A stretch of DNA of 64,000 nt from an uncultured Fibrobacteria bacterium. Lineage in GTDB: Bacteria > Fibrobacterota > Fibrobacteria > UBA11236. The stretch is taken from assembly GCA_963716395.1 (NCBI GenBank), contig OY970309.1, positions 2,784,001 through 2,848,000 on the forward strand, read 5' to 3'. This document shows, in pieces, positions 56,021-64,000 of this stretch. The notes beneath the pieces are model-generated. The model did no database searches. It was given only the letters and a program-made list of their open reading frames with translations, and had not been told where the DNA came from. The position numbers and the translations under genes were made by a program. The stretch's first letter is position 1. The number at the start of each line of letters is the position of its first letter.

Positions 56021-57121
56021 GTGCCCTTGTACCCGCTTCATGCCACGTGGTATGTTGGGGGAGCACTCGGATTGCTCGCAGCCGTGAAGAGAAAATACCG
56101 CTTTCCCGTTTCGCAGCAAGCGAATTTACTGGGCCTGGAATGGACCAAGCTCGCCACCTACGCCCTGTCGCGTTCCGAGCGCTTCGAAGAGCGTCGGCAT
56201 CGCGTGGCCTTTCTCGGCGATCATTGGCAACGCGGCTACCACTGGTCCTATCCGCATGACGATTTTCCCGCCACCTTGGGGCGTTTTCTACCCTATTTCC
56301 TGTTCGAAACCGGCGTGCCCGAGGCCAGCCTGTTCGAGTGCTATTTGCGCGAAGCCGACTTCGCCACGCAACTGGAAACCGCCCTGGCCGAGCGCTTGGG
56401 CGAATGCGAAGTGGCCTTGATCGAATTCCTGGGCATGCATCCCGATCAGGTGCGGTTCTTCGGCCGCGATCTCGGCTCGGGCAAAGAGGCTCTGTACTGC
56501 CCCAACGACTATCTTCCTTGGTGGACGCCGCCGGTGCGCCCCGACAAGGACAATTGCTATGCCCAAATCGTGCGCATGCCGCTGCGGTTGCTGGCGGTCG
56601 AAACCGAGGAATACGTGGTGCTGGCGCCACCCACGTATTTTTGCGGCAACGAATTGCGCGCGCGCGGGTTGACCGCCATCCGCCTGTGCCCCAACGGCCT
56701 CTCGTCCTTGACGGTGGAAAAAAAGTTGTGGGCGCATGCCCATTGGATGGATTTCTGCGTGGATATGCCGGTTCCCAACGAAACCTATTTGCAGGCGCTG
56801 GTGCGCTGGGAAGAATATCTGGGGCAAGAATTGGAACGCTCGTGGTCATTTCCCGCCTTGTTGCACGAACTGGAAATGACGCCCTGCCTGACCGCGCGTA
56901 TGGCCAAGGATTTACAGGGCAGCACCATCGCCGTACCCGAATTGGAATGGGTGCTGGAAACCCTGTGGAACGAGCAGCCGCGTATCAGCCTGTGGGGTAA
57001 AACCCCGCGTCAGGTGGGGCGATTCCTGTGCACGCAATCCATGTTGGATCGCCTGCTGGCGCATGTGGGCGGCAAAGCCAATGTATTGCCGCGCAATGTG
57101 CTCATGGCACGTCCGCTTTAG
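56021..57121 (+). CDS. Hypothetical cytoplasmic protein
   Basis: 366-aa ORF with genome-like codon usage ending before a terminator; no family recognised. Confidence 0.7.
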   Translation: MPLYPLHATWYVGGALGLLAAVKRKYRFPVSQQANLLGLEWTKLATYALSRSERFEERRHRVAFLGDHWQRGYHWSYPHDDFPATLGRFLPYFLFETGVPEASLFECYLREADFATQLETALAERLGECEVALIEFLGMHPDQVRFFGRDLGSGKEALYCPNDYLPWWTPPVRPDKDNCYAQIVRMPLRLLAVETEEYVVLAPPTYFCGNELRARGLTAIRLCPNGLSSLTVEKKLWAHAHWMDFCVDMPVPNETYLQALVRWEEYLGQELERSWSFPALLHELEMTPCLTARMAKDLQGSTIAVPELEWVLETLWNEQPRISLWGKTPRQVGRFLCTQSMLDRLLAHVGGKANVLPRNVLMARPL

Positions 57122-57150
57122 TCCGCGCCCTTCATTTTCGCTGGCCCCAC

Positions 57151-57180
57151 AAAAAAAACCCCGCGGAAACGGGGCTTTTT
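57151..57180. terminator. Bidirectional intrinsic terminator
   Basis: A8-ccccg-cggaaa-cgggg-c-T5 between convergent genes. Confidence 0.8.
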
Positions 57181-57197
57181 GAATCGCTGTGAAAACC

Positions 57198-57962
57198 TTA
57201 AAACGCCAGGGCTCCGCCCAATTCCATGGTCAGATCCGAGCCGCTCGTGAGGTCGGGCGCGAATCCCAGGAAGTGATACTTGAAGTCGAGATAGACGGCG
57301 ATGGGAATCACCGGTGGTTTGAATTGGGAGCCTAGTTGCAGGAACCCGCCCATGCCGGTTTTTAAACCGCGGTCGCGCATGGCTTTGATCAGGGCCTTGG
57401 ACAAAGCGGCCTGGTCCGTCGGGGAGTTCTGCAAATTGGCGCTGGCCAACGCACTTTTCGCAAAGCTGGCCGTCAGGATTTGGGTCGCGACGCCATACGT
57501 GACTCCTCCTCCTCCATACACCTTGACCAAGGAGATGAGAGGCGGCAATTTGAGAAAGGGATAGAGCACTGCGAGGTCACCGTACGCGCGGGCAAAATAA
57601 GGTTTGTCCTGCACAAAGGGCATTTTCAGGCCAAAGCTCACCGGGGTCGTTGTGGTGCCCCCTTGGCCGTCCGGTGTGATGAGGTCAACATCGTAATAGC
57701 CGAATTGAAAGTTTCCGGTCATTTGCAGATCGACGAACGGCAGAGCATCGATCCAGATTTTGGCGCCGAATCCCTGCAAACCGCTCAGCCCTTTTTCATC
57801 GAGGGTCGCGGCTTGGCCGCCGCTGGAAGCGACCGTGTCTTGATTGGCCTTGACATCAAAACCCAAGGCCGGAGCCCAATGGCCACCGACGCCGAAAATG
57901 GCGTGCGACTGTATGGCCAAAGCGCTCAACACGATCCACGCATGAATCCAGATTCGCTTCAT
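57198..57962 (-). CDS. Outer-membrane beta-barrel protein
   Basis: Signal peptide ending SHA; amphipathic strands; C-terminal Phe (ELGGALAF); RBS GGAGG. Confidence 0.75.
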   Translation of the reverse strand: MKRIWIHAWIVLSALAIQSHAIFGVGGHWAPALGFDVKANQDTVASSGGQAATLDEKGLSGLQGFGAKIWIDALPFVDLQMTGNFQFGYYDVDLITPDGQGGTTTTPVSFGLKMPFVQDKPYFARAYGDLAVLYPFLKLPPLISLVKVYGGGGVTYGVATQILTASFAKSALASANLQNSPTDQAALSKALIKAMRDRGLKTGMGGFLQLGSQFKPPVIPIAVYLDFKYHFLGFAPDLTSGSDLTMELGGALAF

Positions 57963-58037
57963 ACTGCCTCCCGGGACGGTGACTCTTGTCCGGCGCTTAG
58001 GATAGGAAAAAAAACCGCAGTTGTGCAAGCGAATCGA

Positions 58038-58808
58038 CTATTCCTCGAAGGCGATGCAGGCCGCCATGCGGCCCGAAGCCGCCCCGTCGCGCCGATAGGA
58101 AAAAAAGCGCTCGGGTTCGTCGCGGGTGCAGCCGGCCACGTCGAAAATACGGCTCGGGTCCAGGCCGGCGGCCCGGGCTTGGGCGCGGTTGCACCCGCGC
58201 AGATCAAAGAAGAAATGGCCGCCTTCCCCGTGCACATGCGTCGAAGGCAAGGTGTCGGCCAAGGCTTGCGGAACTTCGAGGGCCCGCGTGGAGAGACAAG
58301 GACCCAAGGCTACCCACGTCGAGTCGGGGCGGCAATGCCGCGCGGCGAAAAGCCGCGCCAAGGTGCGGCCCAGAATATTATCGCGACTGCCGCGCCAGCC
58401 GGCATGCACGACGCCGATGCAATGGCTGGGCGCATCGGCAATCCAGGCGGTCAGGCAGTCGCCCGCGGTTACGGCCAGCAGCCATTCGGGGTCATGCGTG
58501 AAGACGGCGTCGGTGGCGGCCGGCGCGGCGGCCACGATGCCGAAGGCGGGTTCCTGACGCAGGGCGGAGGCGATTTCCAAGCATTCGGCCTCATGCGATA
58601 GCCGCGGCAGGGCCAGTTTTTTTCCCCCGAGCCCTTGCGCGTGCATCAGCCGCTTCCAATTCCGCCGCACCTGCTGTGTGTCGTCGCCCGAGTAAAAGCT
58701 GAGGTTCAGCGAAGCGAATGCTCCCCGGCTTTTGCCGCCGCGTCGGGTGGTGAAAAAGGCGCGAATCCCGGGAACATGAGTTAAAGCCGGGATGGTTTCG
58801 GGAATCAC
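58038..58808 (-). CDS. pgeF: Peptidoglycan editing factor PgeF/YfiH
   Basis: FTTRRGG, SLNL, TDAVFT, GDCL, HAGWRG, GPC, FFSYRR, GRM. Confidence 0.92.
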   Translation of the reverse strand: MIPETIPALTHVPGIRAFFTTRRGGKSRGAFASLNLSFYSGDDTQQVRRNWKRLMHAQGLGGKKLALPRLSHEAECLEIASALRQEPAFGIVAAAPAATDAVFTHDPEWLLAVTAGDCLTAWIADAPSHCIGVVHAGWRGSRDNILGRTLARLFAARHCRPDSTWVALGPCLSTRALEVPQALADTLPSTHVHGEGGHFFFDLRGCNRAQARAAGLDPSRIFDVAGCTRDEPERFFSYRRDGAASGRMAACIAFEE

Positions 58809-60214
58809 AAGTCAAGGATAGCCAGGGTGACGTCGTCGGCCAACTCTTCGTTCGCATCATTGAGGATCGCCGTTTTGCCGTCGGCATCGCATCGACGAAA
58901 CGCATTCAACGCCTCCATGGTCGCGGCGCCGAGTTTTTCCGGGGTTTCCGCGGCATGGGAACGCACCAATTCGCGAAAGCGATCCAGTCCGAACATGCCT
59001 TCGGGGCCATGCGCTTCGGAAATGCCGTCGGTGTGCATGACCAGGCGGGCCTGGGGGCCAATTTCCAAACGGGTTTCATTCAGGGAAAGCTCGGGAAACA
59101 TGCCCAGCACCAGGCCATGCGACGTCAATTCGGTCCATCGGGGGTCGGCGCTTTCGGGATCGGCGTCCTGCAGAAATTGGGGGATATGTCCGGCGCTGCA
59201 ATAGGTTAATACGCGTTCTTCGGGATCGAAAATGGCGTAGAATACGGTCACGAAATGGCGGCCGTCGAGATCTTCCATGAAGGCGCGGTGGATGCGTTCG
59301 AGAATGCGCGCCGGCGAGCGGTTTTGCGGGGCCAGGGTTTTAAGCAGCACCTTGAACATGGTCATGACCAAAGCGGCGGAGATGCCATGGCCGGAAACGT
59401 CGGCGATGACGATATCGAGCCGGCCGGGCAGGGCTTCGAAGCAATCGTAATAGTCGCCGCCCACTTGACCGGCGGGCAGGTAACGCGAAGCGAATCCGCG
59501 CAGCAGATGCGAAGGGATGACCCGGGGCAACAAGCCGCCCTGCAATTGATGGGCGCGTTCCAGATCGGCTTGAATGCGTTTTTGCGCCCGTTGCAGGGCC
59601 TCGTTGGCCAGATGCAATTGCCGGTTGGCTTTTTTCATGGCGGCGTAGGCCTGGGTCAATTCTTCGCGGATGCGGAAGTTTTCCAGCACCAAGCCCGCCT
59701 GCTGGCAGAGCGCGGCCAGATGCGACACGGCCTGGGCCGTCAACGATGCGGCGGGCGGCGAGGTGTCGAGCCACAATAGGGCGATGCATTCCTTGCCCCC
59801 GGTTTCGCGCCGGGGCACGGTGATGGGCATCAGCAGATATTGGCTGCATCCCAGGGCCCTGAAAGGATCGGACGCCTCCGGGGTTTCCACCCATTGATGC
59901 AGGCCGCTGTTCAGGCTGTCGTTGAGCACCGCGTTACGCGACTCGATGCGCAAGGCCCGCAGCAGGGTGGCCGGCACGCCCAGGGCATGTTCCACCGCAA
60001 ACTTCCGACGGCGGGGACCAGGTACGCGCAAGAGTACGATGCGTTGCACTCCGGCGATTTCGGCGACCCCGAGCAGAAAAGTTTGCAAAGCCTGCGAAAG
60101 CCGGCTGCCAGCCAGTAGCACCCGGGTGACATCATGCACCAAGGTGCTGAGAAAAAGCTCCTGCGACAGCAGTTCGGTTTGCGAGGAGGGGGCGGCAGGC
60201 ATCGTAGAGGGCAT
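58805..60214 (-). CDS. GAF + PP2C/SpoIIE (RsbU-like) phosphatase
   Basis: VGGDYYD, IADVSGHG, SAGH, TDGISEA, DDVT; N-terminal GAF-like region and coiled coil. Confidence 0.92.
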   Translation of the reverse strand: MPSTMPAAPSSQTELLSQELFLSTLVHDVTRVLLAGSRLSQALQTFLLGVAEIAGVQRIVLLRVPGPRRRKFAVEHALGVPATLLRALRIESRNAVLNDSLNSGLHQWVETPEASDPFRALGCSQYLLMPITVPRRETGGKECIALLWLDTSPPAASLTAQAVSHLAALCQQAGLVLENFRIREELTQAYAAMKKANRQLHLANEALQRAQKRIQADLERAHQLQGGLLPRVIPSHLLRGFASRYLPAGQVGGDYYDCFEALPGRLDIVIADVSGHGISAALVMTMFKVLLKTLAPQNRSPARILERIHRAFMEDLDGRHFVTVFYAIFDPEERVLTYCSAGHIPQFLQDADPESADPRWTELTSHGLVLGMFPELSLNETRLEIGPQARLVMHTDGISEAHGPEGMFGLDRFRELVRSHAAETPEKLGAATMEALNAFRRCDADGKTAILNDANEELADDVTLAILDL

Positions 60215-60416
60215 GTAGCGTCGTGGAAAAGTTCGATTATACCACCGCCCCGCGAGGAGAGCGATTTTTTTCTGGCCGAATTGGAACCGCCGGCACAATT
60301 CGGGAAAATTTCGTCCTCACCATGCAACCCATCCATTGTCCCTTATGGCTTCGGGAATTAACTTTTGGGCCCGTTTTGCGCGGGGCTTGCCGTCAAGGAC
60401 AACCCAAAGGGATCGC

Positions 60417-61136
60417 ATGGCCGGTACCGTTAAGAGTGGAAAGTCGAAACCCTTGGTGCAATTGGATCCCTCCTGGCTGGAATGGGTTCTCGACGACTTT
60501 TACGCGCGTTATTCCAAACAGATCTGGACGGTGGCCGGAATTCTGGTCGCGGCCATCACGCTTTACCTGGTCTGGTCTGTGCAGCGCGATCGCAATGAAC
60601 TCCGGGCGGAACGGGATTTGGGCCCGGCTTATGTTCTGCTCGAACAGAATCGCCTTTCCGACGCCGAGCAGTCGCTGACCGAATTGCTGCGCGATGCGCC
60701 GGCGGGTTTGGCCCGCGATAAGGCCTATCTGTATTTGGGGAAAGCCTATTACGATCAGGCGAAATACGATCAGTCCCAGGCAGCCTACGGCAAGGTGCGC
60801 GACGAGGGCAAGTCCACCGCCTTGATTTATTCGGGTGCCCTGCACGGTCTGGCCGCCTGTTATATGCAGGAAAAAGACTACGCCAAAGCCGTGGGGGTTT
60901 TGCAGCAGTTCCTGGACAAATTCATGCGGCGTACCGGCGATCCGGCCGTGGACAACAGCCCCAAGGGGGCGGATTTGAGCCCGGCGGTTCCCAATGTCCT
61001 GTGGAAACAGGCGCTATGCTTTCGCGCCCTGCACCGCGATGACGCGGCCAAGGCGGCGGTGGCCAAGCTCCGCAAGCTGTATCCCGCTGCGCCCGAAGCC
61101 CAAGACGGCGCCAAGCTTCTGGCCCTGACCCAATAA
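60417..61136 (+). CDS. Membrane-anchored TPR protein (YfgM-like)
   Basis: TM helix, AYLYLGKAYY, ALHGLAACY, LRKLYP. Confidence 0.75.
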   Translation: MAGTVKSGKSKPLVQLDPSWLEWVLDDFYARYSKQIWTVAGILVAAITLYLVWSVQRDRNELRAERDLGPAYVLLEQNRLSDAEQSLTELLRDAPAGLARDKAYLYLGKAYYDQAKYDQSQAAYGKVRDEGKSTALIYSGALHGLAACYMQEKDYAKAVGVLQQFLDKFMRRTGDPAVDNSPKGADLSPAVPNVLWKQALCFRALHRDDAAKAAVAKLRKLYPAAPEAQDGAKLLALTQ

Positions 61137-61166
61137 TCCCGCACCGCGGAGGACGGGTTTTCTTCC

Positions 61167-63182
61167 ATGTCTTTCCGCCTCATCGCCCCTTATCAACCCG
61201 CCGGGGATCAGCCCGGCGCCATCGCACGTTTGACGCACGATTTTGAATCCGGCGCGCGCTGTCAGACTTTGCTCGGCGTCACGGGATCGGGGAAAACCTT
61301 CACCATGGCCAATGTGATCGAAAAGCTGGGCAAGCCGGCTTTGGTCATTTCGCACAACAAAACCCTGGCCGCGCAACTCTATCAAGAGTTCCGGGCTTTC
61401 TTCCCCCAGAATGCGGTCGAATACTTCGTGAGCTATTACGACTATTATCAGCCCGAAGCCTATTTGCCGGTCAGCGACACCTTCATCGAAAAAGACTCCA
61501 CCCGTAACGACGAAATCGAGAAGCTGCGGCTGCGCGCCACCTCGTCGCTGATGTCGCGCCGCGACGTGGTGGTGGTGTCTTCGGTTTCCTGCATCTACGG
61601 ATTGGGATCGCCGGCCGAATACCGCAAGATGATGGTCGAGGTGAAGGTGGGCGAGGGGCAGGGGCGCGAGGCGCTGCTGCGCCGCCTGATCGACATGTAT
61701 TACAGCCGCAACGACTTCGAATTCAAGCGCGGCACCTTCCGCGTGCGCGGTGACGTGGTCGAGGTGCGGCCGGCCTACGACGATTTCGCCTATCGCATCG
61801 AATTCTTCGGCGACCAGGTCGAGCGTCTGCGCCGCGTGCAATTGCTCACCGGCCACGAAGAGGCCGATTTGCCCGAAGCCTGGATTTATCCGGCGCGGCA
61901 TTATGTCACCAGCGAAGAAGGCATGGAGCGGGTTTTGCGCGACATCCGCGCCGAACTTGAAGCGCAAACGCGCCGGTTTACGGACGAAGGCAAGTTGCTG
62001 GAAGCGCAGCGGTTGACTCAGCGCACCATGTTCGACATGGAGATGCTTAAAGAAGTGGGCTATTGCTCGGGCGTGGAAAACTACAGTCGCATCATCGAAA
62101 ACCGGCCCCTGGGCTCGCCGCCGTCGACCCTGATGGATTTTTTCGGCTCGGATTACCTGCTGATTCTCGACGAGTCGCATGTGACCGTGCCCCAACTGCG
62201 CGCCATGTACAACGGCGATCGCGCGCGCAAAGAAAACCTGGTGGCGTACGGGTTTCGACTGCCTTGCGCCCTCGACAACCGGCCATTGCAATTTCCCGAA
62301 TTCGAGTCCCGCATGCCGCAAACCCTGTTTGTCTCGGCCACACCGGCGGAGTACGAGTTGGAAAAATGCGGCGGGGTGGTGGTCGAGCAGGTGATTCGGC
62401 CCACGGGGCTGCTCGATCCCGAAGTGGAGGTGCGGCCCACCAAAGGTCAAATCGACGACTTGCTGCACGAAATCCACGGCCGGATCGAGAGCGCCGAACG
62501 CGTGCTCATCACCACGCTGACCAAGCGCAGCGCCGAAGACTTGACCGAGTTTCTGCAAAACGCCGGACTCAAGGTGCGCTACATGCATTCCGACACCGAC
62601 ACCCTGGCGCGCAGTGAAATCATTCGCGAATTACGCGAGGGCGTCATCGACGTCTTGGTGGGCATCAATCTGTTGCGCGAAGGGCTGGATTTGCCCGAAG
62701 TGTCCTTGGTGGCCGTGCTCGATGCCGACAAAGAGGGGTTTTTGCGCAGCCATCGGTCTCTGATTCAAACCATGGGGCGCGCGGCCCGCAATGTGCGGGG
62801 CAAGGTGGTGCTCTACGCCGACGTCGTCACCGACAGCATGCGCTATGCCATGGACGAGACGCGGAAGCGGCGGGAAAGGCAACAGGCTTTCAACCGTGAT
62901 CAGGGTATCGTTCCGAAAACCATAGTGCGCGAAATCCACACCCAATTGCAAATCACCGACGAAGAAGACTGGGCGCGCGATACACGCGGATTGCTGGTGG
63001 CCGAAGAAGCCCTGGATTCCACTCCCGAAAATCTGGAAAGACTGAAAGCGGAAATGCAGGCCGCGGCCGAAGCCCTGGAATTCGAACGCGCGGCCTTGTT
63101 GCGCGATCGGATTTCAGCGTTGGAGGGCCATCGCACCCAGAAGGCGCCGCTCAAAAGGAAAAAAGCCTCGCGGCGACGTTAG
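61167..63182 (+). CDS. uvrB: Excinuclease ABC subunit B
   Basis: [45 protein letters not shown]. Confidence 0.99.
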   Translation: MSFRLIAPYQPAGDQPGAIARLTHDFESGARCQTLLGVTGSGKTFTMANVIEKLGKPALVISHNKTLAAQLYQEFRAFFPQNAVEYFVSYYDYYQPEAYLPVSDTFIEKDSTRNDEIEKLRLRATSSLMSRRDVVVVSSVSCIYGLGSPAEYRKMMVEVKVGEGQGREALLRRLIDMYYSRNDFEFKRGTFRVRGDVVEVRPAYDDFAYRIEFFGDQVERLRRVQLLTGHEEADLPEAWIYPARHYVTSEEGMERVLRDIRAELEAQTRRFTDEGKLLEAQRLTQRTMFDMEMLKEVGYCSGVENYSRIIENRPLGSPPSTLMDFFGSDYLLILDESHVTVPQLRAMYNGDRARKENLVAYGFRLPCALDNRPLQFPEFESRMPQTLFVSATPAEYELEKCGGVVVEQVIRPTGLLDPEVEVRPTKGQIDDLLHEIHGRIESAERVLITTLTKRSAEDLTEFLQNAGLKVRYMHSDTDTLARSEIIRELREGVIDVLVGINLLREGLDLPEVSLVAVLDADKEGFLRSHRSLIQTMGRAARNVRGKVVLYADVVTDSMRYAMDETRKRRERQQAFNRDQGIVPKTIVREIHTQLQITDEEDWARDTRGLLVAEEALDSTPENLERLKAEMQAAAEALEFERAALLRDRISALEGHRTQKAPLKRKKASRRR

Positions 63183-63231
63183 CAGTCTGCTCGCAAACGA
63201 AGGCTCCCGCATCCGTTCGCGAAGGTGAGTT

Positions 63232-63912
63232 TTACTTGCTGAAGCGGGAGGCCTCATGTTTCGGGGCCATGGCCCGGCGTATGCGGCTGGGACGTATACG
63301 AGGATGGCGCTTTGCGACCGCCGGTGCTTCCGACGCCAACACCGCAATATTGACGATTACACCATCGCTGGTGCAAGCGCCGGTGGCGGTGACCTTGTAA
63401 TCCATGGCCGCTGCGGCGGCGGTCGGTGTACCGGAAATGGCGCAACTCGTTTTATCCAGGGTCAGGCCGGACGGCAGCGCGGGTGTGACGGCGCAATCGG
63501 TAAAAGTCGCGCCCGCCGTGGTGGGGAAGGTGGAGACCGCCGTGTCTTGGTGGTAGACAAGCGGGGACGCGAAGGAAATTTTACCGCCCACCGCCAAACT
63601 GAGTGAAGCCGTTGCCAGGGATTTGCCGTCGCTGCCCAGAGCGGAAACGGAGTAATTCGTGGCCGGCGCGGCCGCAGTCGGAGTGCCGGAAATGGAACCG
63701 TCGGTCGGGTTCAGAGCCAAGCCGGCCGGCAGGGAAGGGCTCACCGCATAACTCGCCACGGTTCCGGTCACCATGGGCTTATCGGGAGCAATCGCCGCTC
63801 CGGCGCAATAGGTGGCCGGATTCTGGGGATAGGAAATTTGCACGGGGGTTTTATTGCATGCTGTCAGGGCGGCCAGTGCAGCGGCCGCCAAAGATACCGA
63901 AAGACGCTTCAT
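63232..63912 (-). CDS. Lipoprotein with two putative Ig (He_PIG-like) repeats
   Basis: Lipobox LTAC; LPAGLALNPTDGSISGTPT and LPSGLTLDKTSCAISGTPT; basic C-tail. Confidence 0.85.
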   Translation of the reverse strand: MKRLSVSLAAAALAALTACNKTPVQISYPQNPATYCAGAAIAPDKPMVTGTVASYAVSPSLPAGLALNPTDGSISGTPTAAAPATNYSVSALGSDGKSLATASLSLAVGGKISFASPLVYHQDTAVSTFPTTAGATFTDCAVTPALPSGLTLDKTSCAISGTPTAAAAAMDYKVTATGACTSDGVIVNIAVLASEAPAVAKRHPRIRPSRIRRAMAPKHEASRFSK

Positions 63913-64000
63913 GATCCATCCTTCCGTTTGCCAATTTTGGGGAGCGATTGAGATAATAAATGCCCACTTCATTTGTCAAAAACTGCTTGATCCGGTGAAA

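Overview
High-GC bacterial chromosomal window with dense, mostly housekeeping genes. Fibro-slime domain proteins and the beta-barrel and lipoprotein styles suggest a Fibrobacterota-like diderm (inference). In order: a reduced dcw cluster (mraZ-rsmH-ftsL-ftsI-murE-murF-ftsW-murC-ftsQ-ftsA-ftsZ, with murF frameshifted and no mraY/murD/murG/ddl); a Ser/Thr kinase; a three-gene two-component module; a stand-alone primase-like gene; murB, a GT2, a DinB-family gene and hisD. Next is an AT-richer minus-strand type IV minor-pilin operon (FimT/FimU-, PilV-, PilW-like) ending in two tandem PilX-like pilins fused to PA14 and fibro-slime domains, with a divergent Ig-repeat protein plus beta-barrel pair. 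The rest holds patatin/PBP/orn, cls, a YbhP-like gene, an anion transporter, fabF, fbaA, xseAB, recO, gluQ, panB, an MlaEFD-like operon, pgeF, a GAF-PP2C phosphatase, a TPR protein, uvrB and an Ig-domain lipoprotein. The best candidate for an undescribed system is the pilin operon: the two lectin-pilin paralogs share near-identical 5' parts and an identical 3' tip around a divergent middle. Second is a REC-PAS-PAS-REC-HPt protein lacking its kinase core. I saw no rRNA, tRNA, CRISPR array, integrase or transposase. All calls come from motif reading by eye; no searches were run.
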